Numbered from the stretch's first letter, positions 1 through 10,339 are shown. The stretch is 33,752 bases of DNA from Gemmatimonadota bacterium (GCA_039589035.1 JBDHIC010000021.1:1-33752), one strand, 5' to 3'. A program made the numbers and translations. Notes: a model not told the origin generated them from the sequence alone.

Positions 1-291
1 AAGGGTAAGGGGTTTCAGGGTGTCATGAAACGGCACGGACATCACGGGTTCGATGCCACGCATGGCACTAAGACTCACCATCGGAGGCCGGGATCCATGG
101 GACAGGCGGCCTATCCGGCGAAGACGTTCAAGAACCGCGCACTGCCAGGACAAACCGGTGGAAGACGAACCACGATCAAGAACCTCGAGGTGCTCAGGGT
201 CGATCCGGAGCGGATGCTGGTGTTCGTCCGCGGCTCGGTACCCGGTGCCAGGAACAGCTTCCTCCGGATTCAAAAGCGAGTAACGACATGA
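1..291 (+). CDS. rplC: 50S ribosomal protein L3, C-terminal fragment (5' end lies outside the window)
   Basis: Frame 1 is open from base 1 (KGKGFQGVMKRHG...), matching the conserved L3 C-terminus. It is followed by rplD in S10-operon order. Confidence 0.93.
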   Translation, partial: KGKGFQGVMKRHGHHGFDATHGTKTHHRRPGSMGQAAYPAKTFKNRALPGQTGGRRTTIKNLEVLRVDPERMLVFVRGSVPGARNSFLRIQKRVTT

Positions 292-941
292 CGCGAGTCA
301 CGTGCTATACGACCGAGGGTTCGTCGGATCGCCAGGTCGAACTCCCCGAGGAGTGGTTCGGGGCTGAAATAAACCGCAACGTGATGTACCAGGCCGTACG
401 GGCCCAGCGCACGAACTTGCGCTCGGGAACAGCGTCCGCGAAGACGCGAGCGGAGGTCCGTGGCAGCAGCGCGAAGCCGTGGCGGCAGAAGGGTACTGGG
501 CGCGCCCGCGTTGGTTCGCTCCGCTCACCTCTGTGGGAGGGCGGGGGCGTGATCCACGGCCCTAGGCCAAAGCGGTGGCGCGAACGGGTTCCCCACCAGG
601 TCCGGAGGGCGGCGTTCGTTTCGGCGCTCTCCGAACGCGCACGGCGGGGTCTTGTTCGGGTGGTGGAGTTGGGAGCTTTCGAGGAGCCCGGCACGGCGCG
701 ACTAGCGCGTGCTATCGACCGCTGGGATGCGGAGGGCAAGGTGCTGCTGCTGATCCGCGAAGCAGACCGAAACATCCTACTGTCGGGTCGGAACTTGGCG
801 AGAGTCACCGTAAAGAAGTTCTCGGATGCCTCGGCCCACGATGTGCTGATACATGATGTGGTCGCAGTAGAGGATGGAGCATGGGACACTCGCTCCTCTC
901 CGATGAAGTCGCGAGCTGAAGAGGGACGCGACGATGGATAG
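288..941 (+). CDS. rplD: 50S ribosomal protein L4
   Basis: 217-aa ORF with L4 signature KPWRQKGTGRARVGSLRSPLWEGGGVIHGP. ATGA overlap with the rplC stop. Confidence 0.95.
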   Translation: MTRVTCYTTEGSSDRQVELPEEWFGAEINRNVMYQAVRAQRTNLRSGTASAKTRAEVRGSSAKPWRQKGTGRARVGSLRSPLWEGGGVIHGPRPKRWRERVPHQVRRAAFVSALSERARRGLVRVVELGAFEEPGTARLARAIDRWDAEGKVLLLIREADRNILLSGRNLARVTVKKFSDASAHDVLIHDVVAVEDGAWDTRSSPMKSRAEEGRDDG

Positions 942-1224
942 GAAACGGTTTCGCGTAATAAAGCGGCCGCTCTTCACCGAGAAGTCGACGCGGATGCAGG
1001 ATCAACAGAACCAGTACGTGTTTGCGGTCGATATGAGCGCCAACAAGCACGAGATCGCCGACGCAGTCGAGAAGCTATTCTCGGTGAGCGTCAGGAGCGT
1101 TCGCACGCAGAATCAGATGGGTAAGATACGTCGAATGGGTCGCTTCTCTGGCCGCGCCCCGTCTTGGAAGAAAGCGATCGTGACGCTCGCTGAGGGCGAG
1201 ACGATCGATCTATACGAGGGTTAA
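934..1224 (+). CDS. rplW: 50S ribosomal protein L23
   Basis: 96-aa ORF (VIKRPLFTEKST...KKAIVTL) in the canonical position between L4 and L2. Confidence 0.94.
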   Translation: MDRKRFRVIKRPLFTEKSTRMQDQQNQYVFAVDMSANKHEIADAVEKLFSVSVRSVRTQNQMGKIRRMGRFSGRAPSWKKAIVTLAEGETIDLYEG

Positions 1225-1233
1225 GAGGACCTA

Positions 1234-2064
1234 GTGGGCATCAAGAAATTCAAGCCGGTGACGCCAAGTTCACGGTACCGAACGGTGCTCGATACGTCGG
1301 AGCTGACAAAGAAAAAGCCCGAGCGCTCGTTGCTCGAAGCGATGAGCAAGAGCGGGGGACGCAACGCGGATGGCCGGGTGACCAGCCGTCGTCGCGGTGG
1401 CGGTCACAAGCGACGCTATCGAAAGATCGACTTCAAGCGTGACAAGCACGGTGTTCCGGGAAAGGTCGCGTCGATCGAGTACGACCCTAATCGCTCGGCC
1501 AATATCGCGTTGATCCACTACGCCGATGGCGAAAAGCGCTACATCCTGGCTCCGAACAGTCTCAAAATCGGAGCCAGAATCGAGGCTGGCCCGGATGCCG
1601 ATGTGAAGGTTGGAAACACGTTGCCGCTGGCGAAGATTCCGCTTGGAACGACGCTCCACAATGTTGAGCTCAAGCCCGGTAAGGGTGGGCAGCTTGCGCG
1701 AGCGGCGGGCGCCGGCGTTCAGTTGGTCGCACGTGAGGGACGTTTCGTGTTGCTTCGCTTGCCATCCTCGGAGGTTCGCCGGGTGTTGTCGCGTTGCCAG
1801 GCGACGATCGGCCAAGTCGGCAATCTCGACCACGAGAATCTCTCGCTGGGCAAGGCCGGCGCTTCACGCTGGCTCGGAAAACGTCCGAAGGTGCGGGGTG
1901 TTGCGATGAACCCGGTCGACCACCCGTTGGGTGGGGGTGAGGGCAAGTCCTCAGGTGGTCGTCATCCGACGACGCCGTGGGGTAAGCCGACCAAGGGATA
2001 CAAGACCCGCAATAAGCGGAAGAGCTCCTCGGCGTACATAGTCCGCCGCCGGGGGCAGAAGTAG
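1234..2064 (+). CDS. rplB: 50S ribosomal protein L2
   Basis: 276 aa with GTG start. Motifs [15 protein letters not shown] and [17 protein letters not shown]. Confidence 0.97.
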   Translation: MGIKKFKPVTPSSRYRTVLDTSELTKKKPERSLLEAMSKSGGRNADGRVTSRRRGGGHKRRYRKIDFKRDKHGVPGKVASIEYDPNRSANIALIHYADGEKRYILAPNSLKIGARIEAGPDADVKVGNTLPLAKIPLGTTLHNVELKPGKGGQLARAAGAGVQLVAREGRFVLLRLPSSEVRRVLSRCQATIGQVGNLDHENLSLGKAGASRWLGKRPKVRGVAMNPVDHPLGGGEGKSSGGRHPTTPWGKPTKGYKTRNKRKSSSAYIVRRRGQK

Positions 2065-2077
2065 AAACGGAGGAGCA

Positions 2078-2368
2078 ATGGGACGCTCGTTGAAGAAAGG
2101 ACCCTACGTCGAGGATCGGCTTCTTGCGAGGGTTCACGAGATGAACCAGAAGGGCGATAAGCGGGTCATCAAGACATGGTCGCGGGCCTCTATGATCACA
2201 CCCGATTTCGTCGGCCACACTGTGGCTGTGCATAACGGAAACAAGTTCATACCGGTGTACATCTCGGAGAACATGGTCGGGCACAAGCTGGGTGAGTTCT
2301 CACCGACAAGGATCTTCCGCGGGCACGGTGGTCGGATGGCATCCGAAAAGAAAACCAAGCTTGGTTAG
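2078..2368 (+). CDS. rpsS: 30S ribosomal protein S19
   Basis: 96 aa: [11 protein letters not shown]...[17 protein letters not shown]...[11 protein letters not shown]. Confidence 0.97.
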   Translation: MGRSLKKGPYVEDRLLARVHEMNQKGDKRVIKTWSRASMITPDFVGHTVAVHNGNKFIPVYISENMVGHKLGEFSPTRIFRGHGGRMASEKKTKLG

Positions 2369-2389
2369 GAGAGGCTAGGAGAACGATCG

Positions 2390-2992
2390 ATGGAAGCCAG
2401 AGCTGTCAGCCGACACGTTCGTGTCACCCCGCGCAAAGCGCGGTTGGTGATCGACCTCATTCGCGGGAAGAACGTAGAGGAGGCATACGCCCTGCTTCAG
2501 TTCACCAAGAAAGCGGCGGCAATTCCAGTTTTGAAGACCCTGCGTTCCGCGGTGTCGAATGCCATGCAGGCCGAAGGTGGGTATAGCCCCGAACAACTAG
2601 TAATCAAAAAGGCGTTTGCCGATCCCGGGCCTACTTGGAAGCGGATTCGCCCTCGGGCAATGGGGCGAGCGTACTGGGTTCGAAAGCGAACCAGCCATAT
2701 CACCGTCATCGTTGGCCCAGCCGTAAGGAGAATCCAGAGTGGGACAGAAGACATCACCGATAGGTTTTCGCTTGGGTATCGTCAAGCCTTGGCGGTCGCG
2801 CTGGTTCAACCACAAGAACATGGCGGATTGGATCGAGGGCGATCAGATGATCCGGCGCTACCTGAAGAACCGGCTGTCGCACGCAGCGATATCGCGCGTA
2901 GAAATCGAGCGGACCCCCAAGCGAATCACGGTGATGATCTTCACCGCTCGGCCGGGTGTCGTGATCGGTCGCAAAGGCTCGGAGGTCGATAA
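2390..2992 (+). CDS. rplV: 50S ribosomal protein L22; the encoded ORF lacks the expected stop and continues 254 nt into rpsC
   Basis: The first ~110 aa ([27 protein letters not shown]...[10 protein letters not shown]) are canonical L22. There is no in-frame stop until 2992. The tail is a low-complexity R/D-rich out-of-frame read of rpsC. An out-of-frame TAA at 2724-2726 sits where the stop is expected. Confidence 0.85.
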   Translation: MEARAVSRHVRVTPRKARLVIDLIRGKNVEEAYALLQFTKKAAAIPVLKTLRSAVSNAMQAEGGYSPEQLVIKKAFADPGPTWKRIRPRAMGRAYWVRKRTSHITVIVGPAVRRIQSGTEDITDRFSLGYRQALAVALVQPQEHGGLDRGRSDDPALPEEPAVARSDIARRNRADPQANHGDDLHRSAGCRDRSQRLGGR

Positions 2993-3398
2993 GCTCCGGG
3001 ACGAACTGGCTCGGCTCACCAACGATGATGTTCAGATCAAGGTGGAGGAGGTCAAACGACCCGAGCTCGATGCACAACTTGTGGCTGACAACATTGCGTT
3101 CCAGCTGTCTCAGCGAATCTCGCACCGACGGGCGATGAAGAAGGCGGTTACGTCGGCCATGCGCATGGGTGCAGAGGGAATCCGGATTCAGTGTGGTGGT
3201 CGGTTGGGTGGCAACGAGATCTCTCGCTCAGAGGGGTACCACGAAGGACGCGTTCCGCTGCACACATTGCGAGCCGATATCGATTTCGCGAAGTCGACCT
3301 CCAACACGACGTTTGGGACGATTGGTGTAAAGGTTTGGATCTTCAAAGGCGAGGTCATAGGTCGTGGCAATGACACGCCCAAGGACGCCAGAGGATAA
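2739..3398 (+). CDS. rpsC: 30S ribosomal protein S3
   Basis: 219 aa with GTG start preceded by AAGGAG (2725-2730). [13 protein letters not shown]..., KH and S3-C motifs. Confidence 0.96.
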   Translation: MGQKTSPIGFRLGIVKPWRSRWFNHKNMADWIEGDQMIRRYLKNRLSHAAISRVEIERTPKRITVMIFTARPGVVIGRKGSEVDKLRDELARLTNDDVQIKVEEVKRPELDAQLVADNIAFQLSQRISHRRAMKKAVTSAMRMGAEGIRIQCGGRLGGNEISRSEGYHEGRVPLHTLRADIDFAKSTSNTTFGTIGVKVWIFKGEVIGRGNDTPKDARG

Positions 3399-3410
3399 AG
3401 GGCAGCCGTC

Positions 3411-3833
3411 ATGTTGATGCCGAAGAGGATCAAGTATCGCAAACAACATCGTGGGCGACGCAAGGGGCAGTCGGGCCGCGGGAATCAGGTGTCGTTTGGG
3501 GAGTTTGGGCTACAGGCACTGGATCCTGCGTGGATCACGAATCGCCAGATCGAGGCTGCGCGCGTTGCGTTAACGCGTCACATCAAGCGCGGCGGGAAGG
3601 TTTGGATTCGCATCTTCCCAGATAAGCCGATTACCAAGAAGCCAGCCGAGACCAGGATGGGGAAGGGGAAGGGCAACCCCGAGGAGTGGGTTGCGGTTGT
3701 CAAACCGGGGCGCGTCATGTTTGAGCTCGAGGGTGTGGACAGCAAGCTCGCCAGTGAGGCCCTGCGACTGGCATCCGCGAAGTTGCCGATCAAAACACGG
3801 GTTATCACGCGTCAAGGAGTGAGTGCCCAATGA
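3411..3833 (+). CDS. rplP: 50S ribosomal protein L16
   Basis: 140 aa: [16 protein letters not shown]...[24 protein letters not shown]. Confidence 0.97.
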   Translation: MLMPKRIKYRKQHRGRRKGQSGRGNQVSFGEFGLQALDPAWITNRQIEAARVALTRHIKRGGKVWIRIFPDKPITKKPAETRMGKGKGNPEEWVAVVKPGRVMFELEGVDSKLASEALRLASAKLPIKTRVITRQGVSAQ

Positions 3834-4030
3834 CACCTGAGGAGATCCGCGCGTTGGGGCCGGAGGAGCTTGGCGACAGGATCCTGGAGATGGAGGACGA
3901 GTTGTTCCGGCTTCGGATCCAGAATGAGATGGGTCAGCTAGACAACCCGATCCTCGTTAGGGACATGAAACGGAATCTCGCGCGGTGCAAGACTATACGT
4001 CGTGAGTACGAGCTCAAGGGGGAGCGGTGA
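3830..4030 (+). CDS. rpmC: 50S ribosomal protein L29
   Basis: 66 aa in canonical position. ATGA overlap with rplP. ELFRLRIQ motif. Confidence 0.93.
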   Translation: MTPEEIRALGPEELGDRILEMEDELFRLRIQNEMGQLDNPILVRDMKRNLARCKTIRREYELKGER

Positions 4031-4287
4031 CGGAGACGAGGAATCAACGCAAGGTGCGTCAGGGGCGCGTCGTGAGCGATAAGATGCAAAAGACAGTCGT
4101 CGTCGCTATCGAGAGGCTAGTGGAGCATCCGCTCTACGGAAAGCGCATGAAGCAAACGACTCGGTTCCACGCTCACGATCAAGATAACGAGTGTAAGGAA
4201 GGCGACGTCGTCGAGATCATGGAGACGCGTCCATTGTCGAAGAGCAAACGCTGGCGCGTCACGAGGGTGCTCGAACGAGCACGGTGA
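4027..4287 (+). CDS. rpsQ: 30S ribosomal protein S17
   Basis: 86 aa with GTG start overlapping the rpmC stop. [14 protein letters not shown]...[27 protein letters not shown]. Confidence 0.95.
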   Translation: MTETRNQRKVRQGRVVSDKMQKTVVVAIERLVEHPLYGKRMKQTTRFHAHDQDNECKEGDVVEIMETRPLSKSKRWRVTRVLERAR

Positions 4288-4293
4288 GGAGTC

Positions 4294-4662
4294 ATGGTTC
4301 AACAGGAATCCATCATTCGCATTGCCGACAACTCGGGCGCCAAGCGGGCTCTAGTGATCAAGGTCTTGGGGGGTACGCGCCGTCGTTACGCTGGGTTGGG
4401 TGACATCGTAGTGGTAACCGTCAAGGACGCGATTCCGGATGGAACAGTGAAGAAGAGCGAGGTTACCAAGGCAGTCATCGTGAGGACAAAAAAGGAGACA
4501 CGTCGACAAGATGGCACTTACATCAAGTTCGACGAGAATGCCGGCGTCATCATAAACGACCAGATGGAGCCCCGCGGCACTCGGATATTCGGGCCGGTGG
4601 CTCGGGAACTACGCGAGAAGCGGTTTATGAAGATCGTATCACTCGCACCGGAGGTGCTGTAG
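4294..4662 (+). CDS. rplN: 50S ribosomal protein L14
   Basis: 122 aa: [17 protein letters not shown]...[25 protein letters not shown]. Confidence 0.97.
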   Translation: MVQQESIIRIADNSGAKRALVIKVLGGTRRRYAGLGDIVVVTVKDAIPDGTVKKSEVTKAVIVRTKKETRRQDGTYIKFDENAGVIINDQMEPRGTRIFGPVARELREKRFMKIVSLAPEVL

Positions 4663-4664
4663 CC

Positions 4665-4991
4665 ATGCCGAGGATCGTTAAGGGTGACGAGGTGCTGGTG
4701 ATCTCTGGCAACGACCGGGGAAGGACTGGCAAAGTACTGGCGGTGTTTCCAAAGCAGCGACGAGTTGTTGTGGAGGGCGTGAACTTCATCAAGCGGCACA
4801 CGCGTCCCTCACAGCAGAACCCTCAGGGTGGAATCGTCGAACGGGAAGCGCCGATCCACATTTCCAACGTGTTGCCGTATGACGCCAAAGCGGGACGTGG
4901 AACCCGGGTGCGAACCCGAAAGCTGAGTGATGGAACCCGAGTCCGCGAGAGCGCGGCCAGCGGTGAAGTCTTGGAGAAACCGAGGAGCTGA
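4665..4991 (+). CDS. rplX: 50S ribosomal protein L24
   Basis: 108 aa with KOW motif ([22 protein letters not shown]). Confidence 0.95.
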   Translation: MPRIVKGDEVLVISGNDRGRTGKVLAVFPKQRRVVVEGVNFIKRHTRPSQQNPQGGIVEREAPIHISNVLPYDAKAGRGTRVRTRKLSDGTRVRESAASGEVLEKPRS

Positions 4992-4998
4992 TTGTCCG

Positions 4999-5565
4999 AT
5001 GGCCAGACTAAAGAGCTCATACGCTGAATCGATCCGTCCTCAGCTCATGAAAGATTTCGGGTATAGCAACCCGCACGAGGCGCCTCGTATCGACAAGATC
5101 GTCGTCAATGTTGGGATCGGAGAGGCTATAGATAACCCCAAACTGCTTGATACAGCGGTCGAGGAGTTGGCAGTGATTACTGGACAACGGCCGATGGTGA
5201 CACGGGCGAGCAAGGCGATCTCCAATTTCAAGCTCCGCGAAGGCATGGCGATTGGGGCGAAGGTCACACTTCGAGGGCAACGGATGTACGAGTTCCTAGA
5301 CCGGTTGGTGAACGTGGCGATTCCGAGGATCCGTGATTTCCGAGGTGTGCCGACGAGATCGTTCGATGGGCGTGGGAACTACACCTTGGGGATAAAAGAG
5401 CAACTGATCTTCCCCGAGGTCGAGTACGACAAAGTTGAAAAAGTACACGGCATGGACATTACAATCGTAACTACGGCCAAGCGCGATGATGAGGCCTATG
5501 CGCTGTTGGCGGCGTTTGGGATGCCGTTTCGTCGTCGGCCCAATCAACAGCCGGTCGAGGCTTAG
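4999..5565 (+). CDS. rplE: 50S ribosomal protein L5
   Basis: [22 protein letters not shown]... The ATG at 4999 is chosen over the ORF-track start at 4927, which overlaps rplX. Confidence 0.95.
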   Translation: MARLKSSYAESIRPQLMKDFGYSNPHEAPRIDKIVVNVGIGEAIDNPKLLDTAVEELAVITGQRPMVTRASKAISNFKLREGMAIGAKVTLRGQRMYEFLDRLVNVAIPRIRDFRGVPTRSFDGRGNYTLGIKEQLIFPEVEYDKVEKVHGMDITIVTTAKRDDEAYALLAAFGMPFRRRPNQQPVEA

Positions 5566-5581
5566 GCTCAGGAGACCCACA

Positions 5582-5767
5582 GTGGCAAAAAAAAGCTGGA
5601 TAGCAAAGAACAAGAAGCAACCCAAATTCGCGGGTCGGCGCATCAATCGCTGCAATCGCTGCGGTCGCGCACGGGCCTTTCTGCGACAGTTCGGGTTGTG
5701 CCGCATTTGCTTTCGCGAACTAGCGCTTCAGGGCGAGATCCCCGGAGTGCGAAAGGCGAGTTGGTAG
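5582..5767 (+). CDS. rpsN: 30S ribosomal protein S14, short zinc-binding type Z
   Basis: 61 aa from GTG 5582 ([12 protein letters not shown]...). Two CxxC pairs (CNRCGR...CRIC). The ORF-track start at 5486 overlaps rplE. Confidence 0.93.
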   Translation: MAKKSWIAKNKKQPKFAGRRINRCNRCGRARAFLRQFGLCRICFRELALQGEIPGVRKASW

Positions 5768-5777
5768 GAGTGAAGCC

Positions 5778-6173
5778 ATGGTCATGACGGATCCCGTTTC
5801 AGACTGCTTGACTCGCATCAGGAATGCGTGTCGGGCCAAGCACAAGCGCGTCGATATTCCGGCTTCGAAGATAAAGGTTGAAATCGCTCGAATCCTGCAC
5901 GAGAACCATTACATCGCGAACTACAAGGTGCTTGATGACGGGCGTCAGGGGATTCTGAGGGTCTATCTGAAATATCGGGATGAGCAATCGGTTCTCCACG
6001 GGATCGAACGCGTCTCGAGGCCGGGACTCCGCATCTATCGCGATCGGCATGAGCTTCCTCGGGTTCGGAACGGTCTCGGAACAGCGATCGTATCGACCTC
6101 CCAAGGTGTGCTAACCGATCGCCAGGCCCGCGAGGCAGGGATCGGCGGCGAAGTGCTCGCCAAGGTCTGGTAG
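5778..6173 (+). CDS. rpsH: 30S ribosomal protein S8
   Basis: 131 aa: DPVSDCLTRIRNA...GGEVLAKVW. GGAG lies 7 nt upstream. Confidence 0.96.
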   Translation: MVMTDPVSDCLTRIRNACRAKHKRVDIPASKIKVEIARILHENHYIANYKVLDDGRQGILRVYLKYRDEQSVLHGIERVSRPGLRIYRDRHELPRVRNGLGTAIVSTSQGVLTDRQAREAGIGGEVLAKVW

Positions 6174-6185
6174 GAGAGCGAACGC

Positions 6186-6722
6186 ATGTCTCGTATCGGA
6201 CGTCAACCGATTCCAGTGCCCGAGAACGTCGAGGTGTCGATCGACGGTCGGGAGGTTCGAGTCAAGGGCCCCAACGGCGAGGTCGCGGGCACCATCCCGC
6301 AGCGGATCACGACGAGCCACGAGGATGGTGAGATAAGGGTTACCCGCCCCAGCGATTCAGCCCAGGATAGGGCGCTCCACGGCTTGGCCCGCACGTTGGT
6401 CGCGAACATGGTTCTTGGAGTCACGGAAGGATACGAAAAAAGGCTCGAGATAGAGGGTGTGGGCTATCGCGCCGAAGCAGCCGGGGCCAAGATCAAGTTG
6501 AGCCTCGGTTTTTCACACCCGATCGAGTACGACGTTCCCGACGGCGTCGAGGTGACAACACCGCAGCCGACCCAGATCATTGTAAAGGGTGCGGACAAGC
6601 AAAAGGTCGGTCAAGTAGCTGCTGAGCTGCGGGCATTTCGACCCGCGGAACCGTACAAGGGCAAGGGGATCAAGCACGAGGGTGAACATATTCGTAGAAA
6701 GGCCGGAAAGACGGCGCTTTAA
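6186..6722 (+). CDS. rplF: 50S ribosomal protein L6
   Basis: 178 aa: MSRIGRQPIPVPENVEV...EPYKGKGIKHEGE. Confidence 0.96.
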   Translation: MSRIGRQPIPVPENVEVSIDGREVRVKGPNGEVAGTIPQRITTSHEDGEIRVTRPSDSAQDRALHGLARTLVANMVLGVTEGYEKRLEIEGVGYRAEAAGAKIKLSLGFSHPIEYDVPDGVEVTTPQPTQIIVKGADKQKVGQVAAELRAFRPAEPYKGKGIKHEGEHIRRKAGKTAL

Positions 6723-6743
6723 GCGGACAGGGGATACTCGAGA

Positions 6744-7103
6744 ATGAGCACGTCAACAGCACAGAGACGACAGATCGTACGACTGAAGCGTCACCGGAGC
6801 ATCCGGCGTCGTCTGTCGGGCACCTCGGAGCGGCCAAGACTGGTCGTTACCCGGAGCCTTAGGAACATCAGTGCTCAAATCGTAGACGATACGAACGGTA
6901 CGACGTTGTTTGGGTTGAGTTCGCTGAGCGTTGACTCCAAGGGGACGAAGGTCGACCGGGCCAAGGAGACGGGGAAAAAGCTGGCCGAGTTGGCGCGCGA
7001 GAAAGGCGTCAGCCAGGTCGTATTTGATCGGGCAGGGTACTTATATCACGGGCGTGTCAAGGCGCTCGCCGAGGGCGCCCGCGAAGGCGGTCTCGAGTTT
7101 TGA
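6744..7103 (+). CDS. rplR: 50S ribosomal protein L18
   Basis: 119 aa: [20 protein letters not shown]...[26 protein letters not shown]. Confidence 0.96.
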   Translation: MSTSTAQRRQIVRLKRHRSIRRRLSGTSERPRLVVTRSLRNISAQIVDDTNGTTLFGLSSLSVDSKGTKVDRAKETGKKLAELAREKGVSQVVFDRAGYLYHGRVKALAEGAREGGLEF

Positions 7104-7124
7104 GCAAGCGTGGGAGGTAGCTGA

Positions 7125-7736
7125 GTGTCGAATGGTCGTAGAGATAAGGGTGGGCGCGGGGGTCGCGGTGATCGTAGCGAATTCGTCGAGAACGTGATCG
7201 ACATCAATCGCGTATCAAAGGTCGTAAAGGGTGGCCGACGGTTCTCCTTTACCGCTTTGGTGGCGGTGGGGGATGGCGAGGGCCAGGTCGGTATCGGCAT
7301 GGGCAAGGCGAACGAGGTGGCCGACGCGATCCGCAAGGGATTCGAGGCAGCTAGGAAGAGCATGCACCGGGTCGCGACCTTAGGCAGCACAATCCCGCAC
7401 GAGATAAAGGGCGACTTCGGGGCCGGCCGAGTGCTCCTGAAACCCGCTTCACCTGGGACGGGCGTAATCGCGGGTGGGCCGGTGCGGTCGGTTCTTGAGT
7501 GTGCCGGAATCGCCGACATCCTGACCAAGTCGCTCGGTTCGAACAACCCCCACAACATGGTCAAGGCGACAATGAACGGTTTGGATCGACTGCGCACGGT
7601 TGCCGACGTTGCCGAGGAGCGGGGGATCTCGGTAGCGGAGCTGCTGGGTCGCAATGTCCCGGAGGACACCATAGTCGGGAGTGAATTGGGGGCTTCAGAG
7701 CCAGCCCCAACGATGACACCGGATGCGGGGCAATAA
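7125..7736 (+). CDS. rpsE: 30S ribosomal protein S5, with RG-rich N-terminus and ~35-aa C-terminal extension
   Basis: 203 aa with GTG start and GGGAGG 7 nt upstream. [16 protein letters not shown]...[11 protein letters not shown]. Confidence 0.95.
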   Translation: MSNGRRDKGGRGGRGDRSEFVENVIDINRVSKVVKGGRRFSFTALVAVGDGEGQVGIGMGKANEVADAIRKGFEAARKSMHRVATLGSTIPHEIKGDFGAGRVLLKPASPGTGVIAGGPVRSVLECAGIADILTKSLGSNNPHNMVKATMNGLDRLRTVADVAEERGISVAELLGRNVPEDTIVGSELGASEPAPTMTPDAGQ

Positions 7737-7739
7737 CCA

Positions 7740-7934
7740 ATGACCGCCAAGAAAGTCAGACGATTGATCATAAAGCAGACCAAGAGTGGCATTGGGTCCC
7801 CACGCCGTATTCAGGCAACGTTGCGGGCGCTTGGTCTCAAGGGACATCAGCGCAGCGTGGAACAGAACGATTCCCCGGCGATCCGTGGCATGATCGCCAA
7901 GGTGCAGCATTTAGTACAAGTCGAGGAAGCATGA
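7740..7934 (+). CDS. rpmD: 50S ribosomal protein L30
   Basis: 64 aa in canonical position. IKQTKSGIGSPRRIQATLRALGL. Confidence 0.92.
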   Translation: MTAKKVRRLIIKQTKSGIGSPRRIQATLRALGLKGHQRSVEQNDSPAIRGMIAKVQHLVQVEEA

Positions 7935-8383
7935 AGATCCACGAGCTCAAGCCGCCTGCTGGCGCTCATCGGCCCAAGAAGCGAGTCGGTCGTGGCAACG
8001 CCGCCGGCCAGGGCACCACGTGTGGTCGTGGAACCAAGGGTCAGCGGGCTCGCACGGGTCGTGTGCCAGCCTGGTTCGAAGGCGGGCAGATGCCGCTGCA
8101 GCGCAGGGTTCCCAAGCGGGGATTCAACCGCACCCGGTTCAAGACCGAGGTCCAGACGGTGAACCTGGCTGATCTCGCTCGGTTTGAGGATGAAACCGAT
8201 TTCACCCGCGAGCGACTAGCTGAGCTAGGGCTGATCGACCCCGACGGCGGGCCGGTCAAGGTCCTAGCTCGTGGCAACCTCGATCGGGTCGTGAAGGTGA
8301 CCGCGAATGCCTTTAGTGCTGCTGCACGTGACGCAATCGAGGCTGCGGGCGGGACGGCTGAAACCATTGGTCGGAAGAAGTAG
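7931..8383 (+). CDS. rplO: 50S ribosomal protein L15
   Basis: 150 aa: KRVGRGNAAGQGTTCGRGTKGQ. Confidence 0.95.
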   Translation: MKIHELKPPAGAHRPKKRVGRGNAAGQGTTCGRGTKGQRARTGRVPAWFEGGQMPLQRRVPKRGFNRTRFKTEVQTVNLADLARFEDETDFTRERLAELGLIDPDGGPVKVLARGNLDRVVKVTANAFSAAARDAIEAAGGTAETIGRKK

Positions 8384-8387
8384 CTGA

Positions 8388-9704
8388 GTGGCAAACCAGA
8401 TTCCAAATCTGTTCAAAATCCCGGAACTCAGGCGCAAGATCCTCTTCACGCTGGGGATCCTCGTGCTTCTGCGCGTCGGTGCGCACATCACCGTGCCGGG
8501 TGTCAACCGCGAGGCGCTCACGCTGGCGATCGGTGGTCAGAACAACCTGTTTGGTTTGCTCGATCTGTTTACCGGTGGTGCGCTCCAGCGGGCGACGGTG
8601 TTTGCGCTGGGGATCATGCCCTACATCTCTGCGTCGATCATCTTCCAATTGCTGACAGCGGTCTTCCCATACTTTGAGAAACTGCAGAAGGAAGGCGAGG
8701 AAGGGCGCAAGAAGATCACACAGTACACGCGCTACGCAACGGTTGGGCTATCTGCCGTTCAGGCATATGGCTACTCAGTGTTCATCGAGAACCTCAGCCC
8801 GGACGCAGTGGTGTTCCCCGGTTGGCGATTCAAGCTGCTGACGATACTGGTTCTGACGACCGGGGCGGTGTTCATCATGTGGCTTGGCGAGCAGATCACC
8901 GAGCACGGCATCGGCAACGGAATGAGCCTCATCATCACGTTCTCGATCATCGAAGCGTTCCCTCAAGCCTCAGCTCAAATCTGGACGCTGTGGCGGACGG
9001 AGGTTATTGGGATCTTCACGATCCTGGCGTTCACGGCGATCATGGTAGGGATTGTGGCGGCTACGGTGGTAATGACTATGGCGGTGCGGAGGATTCCGAT
9101 CCAGATCCCACGCAAGGTGGTAGGAAGAAACCGAATCCGCCAAGGTCAAAAGACGCACTTGCCGTTGCGAGTGAACTCAGCTGGCGTGATGCCCATCATC
9201 TTCGCGCAGTCAATCATGTTCTTTCCACCGATGGCCGCAACGCTGGTCCCGAACTCGACGCTCATCCAACGGTTTGCAGCCGCATTCCAGTTTGGATCGG
9301 TGTGGTATATCGTGTTGTTCGCGGCGCTAATTGTCTTTTTCACCTATTTCTACACAGCAATCATCTTTAATCCCATCGACTTGGCCGAGAACATGAAGAA
9401 ACAGGGTGGGTTCATACCCGGGACTCGCCCCGGCGCGAGAACCGCCGAGTACATCGACCGAGTGTTGACTCGCGTGACGCTCCCGGGCTCTTTCTTCTTG
9501 GCTGGTATTGCGATCGTCCCGCTGCTGATTTTCTCGTGGGGACCGTTCCAATCAATACCTCAGTTCATCGGCGGAACGGGTCTATTGATTGTGGTTGGTG
9601 TCTCGCTCGATACGGTACAGCAGATCCAGTCTCATCTGTTGCTTCGCCATTATGAGGGGTTCATGTCCAAGGGCCGGAAGATCCGCGGCCCTAGGTACCG
9701 CTGA
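8388..9704 (+). CDS. secY: Preprotein translocase subunit SecY
   Basis: 438 aa with GTG start, 10-TM pattern. ALGIMPYISASIIFQLL and GFIPGTRPG motifs. Confidence 0.97.
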   Translation: MANQIPNLFKIPELRRKILFTLGILVLLRVGAHITVPGVNREALTLAIGGQNNLFGLLDLFTGGALQRATVFALGIMPYISASIIFQLLTAVFPYFEKLQKEGEEGRKKITQYTRYATVGLSAVQAYGYSVFIENLSPDAVVFPGWRFKLLTILVLTTGAVFIMWLGEQITEHGIGNGMSLIITFSIIEAFPQASAQIWTLWRTEVIGIFTILAFTAIMVGIVAATVVMTMAVRRIPIQIPRKVVGRNRIRQGQKTHLPLRVNSAGVMPIIFAQSIMFFPPMAATLVPNSTLIQRFAAAFQFGSVWYIVLFAALIVFFTYFYTAIIFNPIDLAENMKKQGGFIPGTRPGARTAEYIDRVLTRVTLPGSFFLAGIAIVPLLIFSWGPFQSIPQFIGGTGLLIVVGVSLDTVQQIQSHLLLRHYEGFMSKGRKIRGPRYR

Positions 9705-10331
9705 TGAGTCGCTATCTGATTTTGATGGGTCCGCCTGGGGCGGGAAAGGGAACTCAGTCGGTTAGGGCCGCTCGAGACGAAGGTCTTTGCCGTATTGCGA
9801 CCGGAGACCTGCTGCGGGCTGCGCTGGCTGCCGGGACCGCTCTTGGCCAAAAAGCGGAAGCCTATATGGCTGGATCATGACACGTGTGCCGACGGGGCGA
9901 TTTTTGACGGTTTTCCGCGCACCATCGAACAGGCTCAGGGATTGGGCCGTCTTCTGGAGAACCGCGGGGCAGCCATCGAGCAGGTACTGGTGATCGAAGT
10001 TCCCGAGCAGGAAATCGTTCGCCGATTGTCGGGGCGCAGGGTTTGCGAATCATGTGAAAAGCTGTATCATATAAGTTTTGACCCGCCAAGGCAGGAAGGG
10101 CGTTGTGACGCCTGCGGAGGCGAACTCGCGCAGCGCCCCGACGATCGACCGGAAACGGTACGCCGCCGGTTGGCCGTCTACTCGGAAGAGACTCAACCGG
10201 TCATCGAGTACTACCAACGGAATGCCGGTGCATCCCTCGCGGGCGTCACGATGATCGACGGAGACACCACGATCGAGCATGTCGCATCGGCGATTCGCGA
10301 TCGACTAGGTCGGGTCGAGGCCGAGCGGTAA
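9704..10331 (+). CDS. adk: Adenylate kinase, frame-disrupted as assembled (N-terminal fragment 9704-9880, C-terminal part in another frame to 10331)
   Basis: ATG 9704 overlaps the secY stop and encodes MSRYLILMGPPGAGKGTQ...ATGDLLRAA...AYMAGS-stop. The rest (DGAIFDGFPRT..., Zn lid CESC...CDAC) is in the +1 frame. About 18 aa expected between them is missing. Confidence 0.85.
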
Positions 10332-10339
10332 GCGGGGCT

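Noticed and set aside
2677-2692. Perfect hairpin GGTTCG-AAAG-CGAACC resembling a tRNA T-arm
   Set aside because: It lies inside the conserved L22 coding sequence (WVRKRTS) with no surrounding tRNA cloverleaf.
7046-7792. 248-aa minus-strand ORF antisense to rpsE
   Set aside because: It lies entirely inside a strongly conserved ribosomal gene. The translation is a Pro/Ser/Ala/Arg-rich low-complexity product, typical of antisense frames in high-GC DNA.
8822-9370. 182-aa same-strand alternative-frame ORF inside secY
   Set aside because: It is embedded in a canonical SecY coding region. The product is Gly/Asp/His/Arg-rich with no signature.
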